Source of the DNA: an uncultured delta proteobacterium
GTDB lineage: Bacteria > Desulfobacterota > BSN033 > UBA1163
Assembly (NCBI GenBank): GCA_963708295.1
Contig: CAVPSJ010000012.1
Location: 208,355 to 272,354 of the forward strand
Length of the DNA: 64,000 nt
Reading direction: 5' to 3'
Positions 1 to 10,423 of the stretch are shown one piece after another. How positions within the stretch are numbered: position 1 is the first letter of the stretch; each line of letters starts with the position of its first letter. A program made the translations under genes and the position numbers. Under the pieces are notes generated by a model, which was not told the DNA's origin, searched no databases, and was given only the letters and a program-made list of their open reading frames with translations.

Positions 1-369
1 AGGCTTGAAATCCCACTTCTTCGAACGGTCCAGGGCCGGCCTCTCCGCACCGCGGACGATGTAGTCGCCGAAGTCCCTTGCGAGCGCATCCAGCGGCCTC
101 TGAACACCGTCATAAATCGACCGGATCAGCCCGGGGCCGAGTTCGACGCTCAGCGGTTCTCCGGTTCGCGCCACGGGCTGACCGGGTCCGATGCCCTCGG
201 TCTCTTCGTAGACCTGGATGGAATAATCATTCCCCTTGATTTCGATGATCTCACCGAAGAGATTCGCCTCGCCGACACGGACCATTTCGTACATGCGCGC
301 GCCGGTAAGGCCACGCGCCACGACGAGAGGCCCCGAAACCTTTACGACTTCACCTTGATTTCCGTTCAT
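1..369 (-). CDS. atpA: V/A-type ATP synthase subunit A, N-terminal part (runs off the window start)
   Basis: Manual translation from ATG at 369: [21 protein letters not shown]...[15 protein letters not shown]...[21 protein letters not shown]; directly follows subunit F. Confidence 0.95.
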   Translation of the reverse strand, partial: [123 protein letters not shown]

Positions 370-391
370 ATCATTATCCTTATCCCCTTCT

Positions 392-640
392 CTAGCAGTT
401 TGCTGAAAGAGTCATTTTTCGCAGGCTGCTCAAAAATGCCCGGATGCCAGGCCCCAAAATCCTTCGTAGGGGCAATTCATGAATTGCCCCTACACATACG
501 CTGCAACAAGCCTTCCCCGTGCTTGACACGAGAAGGATGAGGGGTCCGTTGCGACGAATAAGGAGCAACTCCTGGCACGCCGCCGAGACGGTGAGGCGGC
601 CGGGAACGCCGCAGATGGGCGTCTTTCAGCAGCCTGCTAG
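392..640. mobile_element. MITE-like element with 19-bp terminal inverted repeats
   Basis: CTAGCAGTTTGCTGAAAGA (392-410) and TCTTTCAGCAGCCTGCTAG (622-640) are inverted with 2 mismatches; CTAG at both ends, right one overlaps the subunit F stop codon. Confidence 0.7.
466..493. repeat. GTAG-type REP-like perfect palindrome
   Basis: GTAGGGGCAATTCATGAATTGCCCCTAC, 28-bp perfect palindrome. Confidence 0.75.
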
Positions 641-957
641 TCTTTACCCAGAAGATCTATCCCCAGGGAGCGTTCAACGGATTTTCGCATCTCCTGGAAG
701 CTTACATGTTTGCTTCCCTCATGGGTCGGGATGATGGTCAGTACTGCGGAGGACCTCCCCCGAAACTCCTCAATGGCTTTCGGAGCATCCTTGGCCATGC
801 TTTCCGTGACGAGCACCAAACCGATCTCCGGATCACGGGACAGGGTGTTCAACTCATGCATCAGCTTTTCGCTGTCATCGATGGGAACGATCTCGAACCC
901 CACCCCCTTGAACCCGAGGATAAGATGTTTTTCACCGACCGCCACGGCCTTAGACAT
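637..957 (-). CDS. V/A-type ATP synthase subunit F
   Basis: 106 aa, AVAVGEKHLILGFKGVG...VERSLGIDL pattern; operon position. Confidence 0.9.
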   Translation of the reverse strand: MSKAVAVGEKHLILGFKGVGFEIVPIDDSEKLMHELNTLSRDPEIGLVLVTESMAKDAPKAIEEFRGRSSAVLTIIPTHEGSKHVSFQEMRKSVERSLGIDLLGKD

Positions 958-1937
958 AGCCCTCCCTCAATCTCTGCCTGAGCAGGGTCTGATCGATGCG
1001 ATTGAGCCTGCCGTTCACAACGAGCTTCATGTTTTGGATCTCCGCCTGAAGCCCGACGAGAAACGCAAAGACACGTTCCGGTCCGGCGGTTTGCATTTTT
1101 CCATCGCGGGCGATTTTGGTGAGATGGTTGGTCACTTTGAGCTCGAAGCCTGAGATCTGTTCATCCTCGGGCAGTCTCAAGCGATTCCGAGAGGATATCC
1201 CCGACTTCTCCTCCCACCACAGACGGCCAGTTCTCGGTATTGGGCATGCCGGAGAGTTCGGTGACGACAGGGGTAAAATCACCAAGCGGAAGCAGGTATT
1301 GCTGGTAACGACGGAGCGACTGCTGCTGCCTCAGCGCCCGCCAGAGGATGATGACGATGTATGAAAGCACCCGGTCGTGAATATACGCGCTGACGAGCTC
1401 CGACTTCAGTTGATGCGCGATCGAAAGCAGATTTCTTAAATACGCGCCGTCGAGAAGGATCTCCAGGATCGCCGGATCGATCTCGCCGGACTCCCCGGTA
1501 ATCCCTGTCTCCGATTCTCGCAAAGAGGCGGGGAGGTCCGCTTGATCGCCTTGACGGATCGTGATGAGCTTTTCCTGGGAGAGCAATCCGAAATGGAAAG
1601 GAAAATCCGAAGATCCCGTCAGCGCACTCTTCAGATTCAGGTAATCGCCCTGCAGAAGAAAAAGGTCAGCGGGAAGGCTGGATGGGGAATCTCCCTTCAG
1701 AGAGAGCGCCATCTCGTAGAAACATCGGTCACAAATGTCGCTGAAATCGTCCCACACCGTTCCCGGCGTAAGGTAATCCCTCAGGAAGGTGTCCTGCAAA
1801 TGCTGGATCAGGTCGCCCAGATGTTCCTGGGCAATGAGATTCAGAAAGAACTCCCGAGGCAGGAGTTTCCCTTCCAGGACGCTGATCCTTCCGGAGACGA
1901 ACCCCCAGCGCATGTTGTTTTTTATCCTCGGAACCAT
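950..1937 (-). CDS. V/A-type ATP synthase subunit C (AC39-like), frameshifted near 1170
   Basis: ORFs 1161-1937 (GFVSGRISVLEGKLL) and 950-1285 (GPERVFAFLVGLQAEIQNMKLVVNG...LRQRLRE) join into one subunit C. Confidence 0.85.
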
Positions 1938-1943
1938 ACCCTA

Positions 1944-2533
1944 TTATCCCGGAAACAGCTCTGATGCAATGGCAGGGAGCATGTCATGCTCGATGTCCTG
2001 AAGCATCGTATCCAGTGTCTGATCCACTTCGAAGTCGGCGCTCACGAAGATGAAACCGCCACGTTCCGGTAGCGGAGTCATTCCGATCAAGGGTGATTTT
2101 TGCATCGCCACGACCTTCGTTCAGTTCAGAAAGGATCTTCTCGAAAAGGTCCTTCTCATCCGGGTGGACCCGGATCTTGCCCTCGTAGCTTCCCGCTGCC
2201 TTCTCAATCAGCCGCCCCATGACCTTGGCGTACTTCTCCGGAGGCCAGGCCAGGATCTCATGCTTGGCCCTTTCAAAGAGGGACTTCAGGAGGATGTTTC
2301 TCTTGTCGAGGATCTGCTTGCCGGCTGCTCCCTTGGAGCTGGATCAGCTTTCGGCTGTACTCATCTTCGATGGCCTGTATTCTGAATTTCCAGAGCCGTT
2401 CAAACTCCTGTTCCGCCACCTCTTTTTGTGACTTCAGGAAATCGCCATTCTTCTTTTTTGCACTATCGATGATGCGCGTCGCTTCCGCTTTGGCCTCCGA
2501 CAGGACCGCCTGACGGATCTTTTCTAATCCCAT
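1944..2533 (-). CDS. V/A-type ATP synthase subunit E, frameshifted
   Basis: MGLEKIRQAVLSEAKAEATRII N-terminus; KIRVHPDE and GGFIF/FEVDQTLD segments in shifting frames. Confidence 0.85.
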
Positions 2534-2550
2534 GATCTTCTCCCCCTCCC

Positions 2551-3066
2551 TTATTTAGGCAGGAATTGAAGCATAACCGGCTGGGTCAGGAAAACGATGA
2601 AGAGGATGGTCGCAAGCAGTGCCACGACCGCATACGTTTCAACGAATGCCGGGAAAAGGACCGCCTTACCGGCAGCCTCCGGTCTGCGGGCCAGGAGCGA
2701 AATACCCGCAGCAGAGGCCTCTCCCTGATAGATCGCAGAGATAAACTGGGCAAGACCATCTCCAAGCCCGATAAAGAAGAGCGCAATGCCTGTGCCGAGG
2801 GATATCTTCAGCGGGCCGCCGCCGATGAGCCCTGTCTGGGTCATCATGAGAATCGCTGCGATAAATCCGTAGAACCCCTGTGTGCCGGGGAGCGCAATCA
2901 TCACCAGCATTCGGCCGAAGAGTTCCGGCTTCTCCCGCATCACGCCGGCAGCCTGGTGAGCGGCGATGGCAATACCCCAGGCAGAGCCGGAACCGGCCAA
3001 ACCAAAGGCCAGGCCCGCACCAGCAAAGCAAAGACCGCGTCCTATCTCGATCGATTCAGGTATCAT
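2551..3066 (-). CDS. V/A-type ATP synthase subunit K (4-TM proteolipid), Na+-type motif
   Basis: LPGTQGFYG, SAIYQG and VETYA motifs as in Enterococcus NtpK. Confidence 0.93.
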   Translation of the reverse strand: MIPESIEIGRGLCFAGAGLAFGLAGSGSAWGIAIAAHQAAGVMREKPELFGRMLVMIALPGTQGFYGFIAAILMMTQTGLIGGGPLKISLGTGIALFFIGLGDGLAQFISAIYQGEASAAGISLLARRPEAAGKAVLFPAFVETYAVVALLATILFIVFLTQPVMLQFLPK

Positions 3067-3133
3067 TTCTCCTCCTCCGTAGTTTCTTGGAATAGGGACC
3101 GGACCTGTCGTCTCCCATCCCGATCCGGTGCCC

Positions 3134-5253
3134 CTATTTCCCCTTGAACAAACTCGGCTCTCCGGACCTTTTCACGATGCACGCAGGTGAATCAAAGCCA
3201 AGCGGCTGGAAAGGACGGGAACCCCCCTCATAAAACCGGCCAAAGAATTCAACGAAGATGAGCCTCATGGAGTGCACAAATGCCCCAAGGACACTGATGC
3301 AGAAATTAAACAGATGACCGACCACGAGCACGATCAGAAAGAGGATGAACCCGACGTAGGGTACCTCCCTGAGCATGCCTGCCATGAGGTTGAAGGTCAT
3401 GGCCACGATGGAAGTCGTCAGACCGAGTGCCAGCAGACGGCAATAGGAAAGCGTATCGCCGATGAAAGCCGTGATGCCGTAGCTGCCCATGATGCCGTAG
3501 AGACTCACCAGGCCACCTGCCAACTTCCCGAATGGGCTTTTGAAGTCCCTGCCCTGAGTCAGCACGAGGCCAATGGCGCCGACGATAAAAAGCCAAAATC
3601 CCGTATTGAAAAGGGCGGCAGGGATATCGGTGAATATTTTCCCGACCATCATCAAGAGACCGGTCAGGGTGACAATCCAGCAGACCCCGTCAGAGAATGC
3701 CCCCAGAAAGTCTCTATTTCTGAGGGCGCCGTACATCTTGAGGATAATCCCGTAGAACTGGTTGCAGATTCCGATACCGAGTGCACAGAGAAGGGCAACG
3801 ATGGTCTTGTCGATGGGATCGATCACCACGAACATCTCCTGCAGACGCAGGAGAAAGTTGTCCTTCCCGAGGTAGTCAGGCTTGTAAAGATCACCGAACC
3901 ACGAACCCGTGAGGGCGCCGAAGAGGATGCTGCTGATCCCTCCGTAGAGGAGGATACGTGAGAAGTTATTCAATCCTTGGTACGGTTTTGTCTTTGCCGC
4001 AAGATAGGCCCCCAAGGCTGTGAGCATGATCCCGTAGCACACGTCGCTGAAGCAGATACCGAAGAACAGGTAAAAGTTGACCTGCAGGAAGGGGGTGGGA
4101 TCGAACGACTTGTACGGCGGAAGACCAAACATCTCCACGAGGAGTTGGATGGGCCTGAAGAGGTTCGGCACGGTGATACTCACCGGCACATCATCATCCG
4201 GACCGGGATCCTGGATCGTGACCTCGGAGTCCGGGAATTCCTGCCTCATGGTGGCGAGAAATCTCTCCGCATCCTTTTTGCGGATGTACCCGCCGATCAC
4301 GTGGACCCACTTGCCCTGGACCCCCTTGGTGGAAGCGAGCTGGGTGTTCTTCATGTTCTGCCAGTAGGCCCTCAGAATGAGTAGAGAGCGCCGGCCTTCG
4401 CCGGCTCGATGACCTTGGGCGAGAGATTTCACTTTCTCGGCCACGTCATCCACTTTCTGTTTGTACTCGGCTAAATCAGACCGCAGTTCATCGATCCGTT
4501 CGGAGATCTTTCTCGGAAAGCTTGGGGAGCTGAATTTCATCGAATCCGATCGATGCCAGGTCCTTGCGGACGCCCTCACTGTCTTCCGCAAGAAAGGCAA
4601 TCACCATGCGCACCCGCTCTTCCTCCCCTTTCGATGAGGGGCTTCCGCTCTGGGAGGGCCTGGTGACTCGTTTCCGGCTCACTCCGGGTTTGATTTCCTC
4701 CCATGCGGCTCGGTTCCATGGCTCCGTGCCCTCGTTGAGAAGGGTGAGATTCTTTCGGGGCAGGTTCCCAAACACAAGGCGTGTCTTCACGGGGCGAGTG
4801 GAAGTCAGCCATGTTAAAGGGTAGATCGCTCAAGGGATCGAGTTCCTTCAGCTCGTTTTCGATTTCGCTCGATCACCCGTTCGGCTGACCGGTACCTCTC
4901 ATCCAGTTCACCCGCATCCCTGAACGTCTGTTCAAGGTCGAACTTGTCTATGACGGACTGGATCTCCTGCGGCGAGGTGACGAGCGGGACGGGCGCCAAT
5001 CCTTGGACGAAACTCTGCTTCTCAGGAGAAAGGAGGTTCATGAGGTTCAGGATGAAGTCGATCTGGTGAAGTTTTTCATCCACCTCTTCCGTGCTCGTAT
5101 CGCAGCGTTCGGAGAGAGGGCTCCCCTGACTCCTGGATGTCCTTGAGGTCGGTCACCTCCATGACCCCAAGACGATTGATTGTCTTCATCAGCCTGTCTG
5201 TTGGAATTTCTCGGACTGATCAGGGTCACCTTTTTAATGGGTTCAATCGCCAT
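3134..5253 (-). CDS. V/A-type ATP synthase subunit I (a), several frameshifts in the 5' half
   Basis: MAIEPIKKVTLI start; FGLPPYKSFDPTP, GDTLSYCRLLALGL and HSMRLIFVEFF motifs. Confidence 0.93.
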
Positions 5254-5256
5254 AGG

Positions 5257-5570
5257 TTATAGCTCGCTGAATTTCGTGACAATCTTGGTCAATCTGCTCT
5301 TTTAACGTGCTGCCTGCAATCTGATCGATGGCATTCAAAGCCTGGGCAAGATCCTTCTCCGCTTCGGCAACGGAGCGCTGATGCTTCTCCTCCATCTCTT
5401 TCTGAAAGGCTGAAGATTTTCTGTTCCGTTTCTTCAGCCAGTTTCCGGCGGTATGCCTCAGCCTCTGCGATGGCGGATTTCTCCAACTCTTTTGCCTCGG
5501 CACGGGCCTGTGCCACAATCGCATCGGCTTCCTTTTCCAAAGACACAATATCTTCAACCAGAGTAGCCAT
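5257..5570 (-). CDS. V/A-type ATP synthase subunit H/G (peripheral stalk), frameshifted
   Basis: Coiled-coil MATLVEDIVSLEKEADAIVAQARAEAK; first gene of the operon. Confidence 0.75.
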
Positions 5571-5747
5571 CCGGTCACCCTTCCTAAACCGTCAGCACAA
5601 CCCATCCTTCAGCATCTTCCAGTGGATTTCAGAACGATACTTGAACCACTCCGTGCAGTCTGCCAATTCTTTATTCGGCAAGAGGCTTTCGCACACAAAC
5701 TAAGGCGCTCATATTACATAAAATGACTTAAAAATCAAATCCTTTTC

Positions 5748-6399
5748 CTATTTAATTTTCTGGATGTCTTTTTCTTTTCCAATCACGACTAAGACATCGC
5801 TGTCCTTGATCGTAAAGTCCGCACGGGGAACCATGGTCAATCGTTCCGGCAGCATCTCCCTCACGGCAATGACCTCAATATGGTATTTGCTTCTCAGGTG
5901 GAGCTCTCCGATCGTCTTTCCCATAAAACTTGGGGGAGGCGCTATCTCACAAATGGTGTAATCATCCGAAAGAGGAATATAATCAAGGACATTGGGGGAG
6001 ATCAGGCTTCTGGCCACTTTGTCTGCCATCTCCCTCTCAGGAATGATCACCTCTGTCGCTCCCACCTTTTCCAAGACATGCTTGTGGTCTTCATTGGGCG
6101 CCTTCACAATGATATGTCTTCACTTTCATCTCTTTAAGATGGAGGGTAATGAGCGTACTGGCAGCCAGGTCCTCGCCAAAAGAAATGATGACCACATCGT
6201 CCGGCTGGATGCCGATCGATTCGATCACCTCTTTGTCTGTGCCGTCGGCAAGAATGGCCTTCGTGGAGAAATCTCTGATTTTCTGAATGACCTCTTTATT
6301 CTTGTCAATGGCAATCACTTCAAACCCATTTTCGTAAAGATCTTTTGCGATATTAAATCCGAAGATCCCCAACCCGATCACCACCACTCGTTTCATCAA
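5748..6399 (-). CDS. ktrA: Ktr/Trk K+ uptake RCK subunit (KtrA/TrkA), frameshifted near 6110
   Basis: VVIGLGIFG Rossmann motif plus RCK_C (GKTIGELHLRSKYHIEVIAV). Confidence 0.9.
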
Positions 6400-6429
6400 A
6401 CTCCCTCCATCTTCACCCGAAGCAGTTGT

Positions 6430-6505
6430 TATCTTCTGCCTATTGCCTTCTGCCTTATGTTTTTTGCCTTTTGCCTACTCCTCGCCCACTGCCTACTGCT
6501 ACTTT
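6430..6505. repeat. Degenerate heptamer tandem array (TGCCTWY-like)
   Basis: ctgcctattgccttctgcctta...ttgccttttgcctact...ctgcctactgctact. Confidence 0.6.
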
Positions 6506-7926
6506 TATCCCACCATGACCCCTTCCTCGGCGTAAGTCAACGTTCTTCGTCCGGTGTCTCGGGAGAGCGAGAAAGCGAGCGTCAGGGGCCCTACCCTTCC
6601 CACAAACATCATTAAAATGAGCGCATATTTCTGAAGATCATTCAGCTTCGGAGTGACCCCCATCGAAAGCCCCACCGTCCCGAAGGCCGAAACCGTATCA
6701 AAAAGGTATTCCACGAAATGGTGACGGCTCTCCAGCGGCGGAAGTTTTCCTCCTCCGGCGATCAGGAGAACAGAGGTAATGATAGCGATCGAAAAAGCGG
6801 ACGCGAAAATGATCGAAATGGATCGGCTGACGATCTCCCTGGGAATGGTCCGGTTGAAGATATTCAAATCGAGATTTCCCTTCAGCCGGTTCCACATGAG
6901 CATGACCAGAAGAGCGGCGCTGGTCGTCTTAACACCCCCACCCGTTGAACCTGGAGAGGCTCCGATGAACATGAGGACCATCATCAGGAGGATGGTCGCA
7001 TTGGTCAGTAGTCCTATATCTACGGTATTGAATCCTGCTGTCCGGGGCGTGACCGACTGGAAGAAGGAAGTTAGGATTTTGGTCAGGACCGGAGCGTCTT
7101 TAATGATATGGTTTCTTTCAAACAGATAAAATAAGAGGGCACCAGAGAGAATGAGGAGGGTGGTACTGATAAGCACGATTTTTGAATGGACAGAAAGCTT
7201 TTTTTGTGTCCCTTTGAACCAGGAAAGCACTTCGTACTGGACGATAAAACCGATCCCTCCGTGAACGATCAAGCCCATGACGGTCAGATTGACGATGAGA
7301 TCTCCCTGATACCCCATCAGGTTGTCGGAAAAGAGAGAGTACCCGCAGTTATTGAAAGCGGAAATCGCATTATAGACGGCATGATAAAGGGCTATCCCGG
7401 TGGGAAAATCCATGGAAAACCGGATGAAGAGAAAGAGGGTTCCGAGGGCTTCCGTGACGAACGTAAACCAGAGGACCATCTTGGCAATCACGATGAAATC
7501 CGTTCGAGGGGTGTGGAGAAAGGTTGATTGAACAATCTCTCTTCCCTTGAAAGAAATTCCTCGACCCATTAAGACGAAGAAAACCGTGGAGAAGGTGATG
7601 ATACCCAGCCCACCGATTTGAAAAAGGAAGATCGTGATCACCTGACCCCATAGGCTTAGGTCTTTTCCGATGTCGATGACGACGAGGCCCGTTACGCAGA
7701 CGGCAGAGGTAGACGAGAAGAGAGCATCCACAAAACGGAGAGGCTCCTTTGAGGCTGAAAAAGGAAAACAAAGGAGAATTCCTCCTGTCAGGATCACCGC
7801 GGCAAAACTGAGGACAAAGATCCTGGTCGGGGAAAGGTATCTCGAAAAGAAGTTTTTAACTCGGATGCGAATCTCTATCGGCATGGATATTATTAGGAAC
7901 CTTCCAATTTTAAACAAATTGACCAC
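6505..7926 (-). CDS. ktrB: Ktr/Trk K+ uptake membrane subunit (KtrB/TrkH)
   Basis: SAVCVTGL, SAFNNCGY, PRTAGF, SAFGTVGLS pore-loop glycine motifs; GASPGSTGGGVK. Confidence 0.93.
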   Translation of the reverse strand: MVNLFKIGRFLIISMPIEIRIRVKNFFSRYLSPTRIFVLSFAAVILTGGILLCFPFSASKEPLRFVDALFSSTSAVCVTGLVVIDIGKDLSLWGQVITIFLFQIGGLGIITFSTVFFVLMGRGISFKGREIVQSTFLHTPRTDFIVIAKMVLWFTFVTEALGTLFLFIRFSMDFPTGIALYHAVYNAISAFNNCGYSLFSDNLMGYQGDLIVNLTVMGLIVHGGIGFIVQYEVLSWFKGTQKKLSVHSKIVLISTTLLILSGALLFYLFERNHIIKDAPVLTKILTSFFQSVTPRTAGFNTVDIGLLTNATILLMMVLMFIGASPGSTGGGVKTTSAALLVMLMWNRLKGNLDLNIFNRTIPREIVSRSISIIFASAFSIAIITSVLLIAGGGKLPPLESRHHFVEYLFDTVSAFGTVGLSMGVTPKLNDLQKYALILMMFVGRVGPLTLAFSLSRDTGRRTLTYAEEGVMVG

Positions 7927-7959
7927 CCCATATTACATGAAATTTTACAAAAATCAACC

Positions 7960-8112
7960 CGTTCGGCTCACCCGCTCGACTCGCGGGTCTGTCCCTCGAC
8001 TTCGTTCGGGAAACGGCCTAAGGGGGATGAGCCGTTCAATAGACTCAAGGCCATGAGCCTGTCGAAAGGCTTGTCGATGGAAGCAGGGGTTTGGTACCGT
8101 CGAACGTATCGA
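7960..8112. repeat. Degenerate REP-like cluster (CCTCGACTTCGTTCGG / GAGCCTGTCGAA type)
   Basis: Several short TCGA-centred hairpin units in a non-coding gap. Confidence 0.45.
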
Positions 8113-8152
8113 ACTCCACGCTCTTGCGGGTGTCGCACCTCACATTTCACAT

Positions 8153-8183
8153 AAAAAAGGCAGGAACATCCTTCCTCCTGCCT
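8153..8183 (-). terminator. Intrinsic terminator closing the small-protein array
   Basis: Minus strand AGGCAGGAGGAAGGATGTTCCTGCCT followed by a T-run. Confidence 0.7.
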
Positions 8184-8296
8184 CGTTCTTCAACAGCGGA
8201 TTGTTGGTTTCTCTTATTGAAAACTGCCAACTTCTTGGAATTGCCGGATACAGCTTCGCCCCTGCGTCGAAAGGGGAACGGGGTCGACATTGGGTC

Positions 8297-8401
8297 TTAG
8301 GGTCTCAAAAAAAATACAAACCCTATCACCAATGCGACCGCTATCGCAATGACTACCACCCAGACCCAAATTGAAGCACCAGCTTCTTTCTTTTCTTCCA
8401 T
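8297..8401 (-). CDS. Small single-TM protein (34 aa)
   Basis: SD GGAGGTG; MEEKKEAGASIWVWVVVIAIAVALVIGFVFFLRP*. Confidence 0.65.
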   Translation of the reverse strand: MEEKKEAGASIWVWVVVIAIAVALVIGFVFFLRP

Positions 8402-8505
8402 CTCCGTCACCTCCTTCAAAAAATGAGGATCGTGCCATGTCAGGAGTAGGCTGACCTTCCATTCTTACAACGGATGAACGATCTGGGGCACCTCAAGACC
8501 ATCGA

Positions 8506-8757
8506 TTAATAATTCTCCAGGTTTCTTAATAAGGTTTTCAGCTTATCGGGGATAGAGTTCTCCTTGGGGTTAGTCTCTCCAATCTCCCCTTCAGTAATTT
8601 GAACCGGCATGATTAATTTATTATCCTTTGTAAGAAATTGAACCTTATAGTTTCTATATTTGTAATCAATCACTTTACACTTAATACATCCATTTAAATG
8701 CATGATTGCCCAATCCAATATTTCTTGAGCCTCTCTTATCTTTTCACCCTCGTCCAT
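8506..8757 (-). CDS. Hypothetical soluble protein (83 aa)
   Basis: SD GAGGAGG upstream; intact ORF. Confidence 0.65.
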   Translation of the reverse strand: MDEGEKIREAQEILDWAIMHLNGCIKCKVIDYKYRNYKVQFLTKDNKLIMPVQITEGEIGETNPKENSIPDKLKTLLRNLENY

Positions 8758-9021
8758 ATTAACGCCTCCTCTTTTGCAACTCCATTGTCCTCCCTGCCTA
8801 TAACTCCATATGAATCTTTTTTTCTTTCCTTTCAGTTATAAAACCGAAGATAGCGGATCAAGGTGGCTATGCCCAAGGTTATGACCGAAACAATCGCCCC
8901 GGGCTAGTATTGGTTCATGAATGACATAGGCGGTCGTAAGTAATTGGCAAAACCGAAGATTGTTCAGGAGTCATTACAAAGGAATCGACCCTACTCATCT
9001 TGTTTCATACTGTTCTCTCTA

Positions 9022-9213
9022 TTAAGATTGACTCTGAGTTGACGGGCCCTTATCCATTGTTTTTCCGAAGTGTGCCAATGCCCAAATCATCCCCACACCC
9101 GACATAATCACAAGCGCAAATATAATGGTGGGGTGCACGGGCAGGTGCCTAATCACCGTCCATGCTACGAAATTGCCAATGATCGGCCCAGCCACAGCTA
9201 ACACTTGTTTCAT
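9022..9213 (-). CDS. Small two-TM protein (63 aa)
   Basis: SD GGAGGG; MKQVLAVAGPIIGNFVAW...MIWALAHF; paralog at 10057-10365. Confidence 0.75.
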   Translation of the reverse strand: MKQVLAVAGPIIGNFVAWTVIRHLPVHPTIIFALVIMSGVGMIWALAHFGKTMDKGPSTQSQS

Positions 9214-9435
9214 CTTTCCCTCCTTCCATAAGTTGACTCACAAAGTCTTGGTTCTTAAAAAAACAAGATTCCATTGCCATAGATGAAACACCCTTCCAGC
9301 GGTGTCGTGATCACTCCGATAGATGCAGGCACCCCTATCCAGAGTGCGTCACCTTCTGGTAAAGCATAAAGGTAAGGAATAGAGAATTTCCGCTCCAGAT
9401 AATTGCATCAAGGGTTTTCTTGCCTTTTTCAGATC

Positions 9436-9519
9436 CTACAACTTCTTCACCGCACGCCCCATGAAGAAAATAACCCCTATCATGATGAGTGCTGCCACTA
9501 TAATCCCTAGCGTAAACAT
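9436..9519 (-). CDS. Small single-TM protein (27 aa)
   Basis: SD GGGAGG; MFTLGIIVAALIMIGVIFFMGRAVKKL*. Confidence 0.65.
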   Translation of the reverse strand: MFTLGIIVAALIMIGVIFFMGRAVKKL

Positions 9520-9598
9520 AAGACCTCCCTGTTTCGTGCACTAGATTTCATGGTGTCAAAAATATGCCACACCCTATATCCTTTTCGCATTCACTCGT

Positions 9599-10033
9599 TT
9601 ACTTCACGGAGAACACCTTCGAAGTCCCGCGGTATTTAGATCTCAACTGGGAAAAAACCCGTACCTTACAATGTTTCGAATCCACCTTAGGAACATTCCA
9701 AATATACTTCCCAGAATTGGGCACATTTTCCCCAACGTTCTGCCACGACTTCCCCCCATCTTTTGAGAACTCAACGGTCACCATCGCCCCAAATTCGGAT
9801 TCCGCCGGTTCCGATTTCCAGAGGACCTCATACGAATCTTCTGCTTTGACGACATCATTTGCCTTTGGACTCAGAATCATGACCCCTTTATCTGGCTTAG
9901 CGGTTAGAATGCTGACCACGAAAATGATTGCAACGATAGCAATCAAGACCAGCATGAATCCCCCCATCGTCAAAAAAGTATAGAATTTGCTCCAAAATCC
10001 CCGCTTCATTTCTTTCGGCTCCGCTGCTGCCAT
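9599..10033 (-). CDS. Membrane-anchored protein with Ig-like extracytoplasmic domain
   Basis: N-terminal TM, then LSPK...YEVLWKS...VEFSKDGGKSWQ...NSGKYIWNVP beta-sandwich pattern. Confidence 0.75.
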   Translation of the reverse strand: MAAAEPKEMKRGFWSKFYTFLTMGGFMLVLIAIVAIIFVVSILTAKPDKGVMILSPKANDVVKAEDSYEVLWKSEPAESEFGAMVTVEFSKDGGKSWQNVGENVPNSGKYIWNVPKVDSKHCKVRVFSQLRSKYRGTSKVFSVK

Positions 10034-10056
10034 TATTTCCTCCTTCCTGGATGAGT

Positions 10057-10365
10057 TTAATTGGCTCTTGTTAAGTATCCTTCAAAAAGAATGAATTCAG
10101 GATTCTGGTCAAAGGCTTCCTGTCCTGTTACAGCGATACTCCCTCTGTTGAGCTTCTGTCTAGTAAAGGATTTTGGCAAAATTGGCTCTAAGTTTGACGG
10201 GTTCTTATTCGTTCTTGCAAAATGTGACAATGCCCAAATCATTAACAATCCTCATGTGATTACCAGCGCAAAGATGATGAGAGAGTGCACAGGCAACAGA
10301 GTGATCAACGCCCATGCAACAAAATTGCCTACGACTGGCACAGCGACACTTAAGAATTGTCTCAT
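10057..10365 (-). pseudogene. Paralog of the 63-aa two-TM protein with an in-frame TGA at codon 38
   Basis: SD GGAAGGGGG; MRQFLSVAVPVVGNFVAWALITLLPVHSLIIFALVIT*GLLMIWALSHF; TGA at 10252-10254. Confidence 0.7.
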
Positions 10366-10423
10366 CGTTTCCCCCTTCCATCAGTTGATTCAAAAAAAAG
10401 AAAGATTTCGCGGCCGTCTTGCA

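Noticed and set aside
3272-3961. Long antisense ORFs (here and at e.g. 14435-15220 and 53784-54509)
   Set aside because: Shadow frames of well-supported genes with no recognisable motifs
8832-8927. Small TM ORF MSFMNQY*PGAIVSVITLGIATLIRYLRFYN with in-frame TAG (pyrrolysine or readthrough)
   Set aside because: No SD site and no homolog in the window; at most a decayed small gene
9552-9572. Possible sigma54 promoter TGGCATATTTTTGAC on the minus strand
   Set aside because: Lacks the GC at -12 with correct spacing
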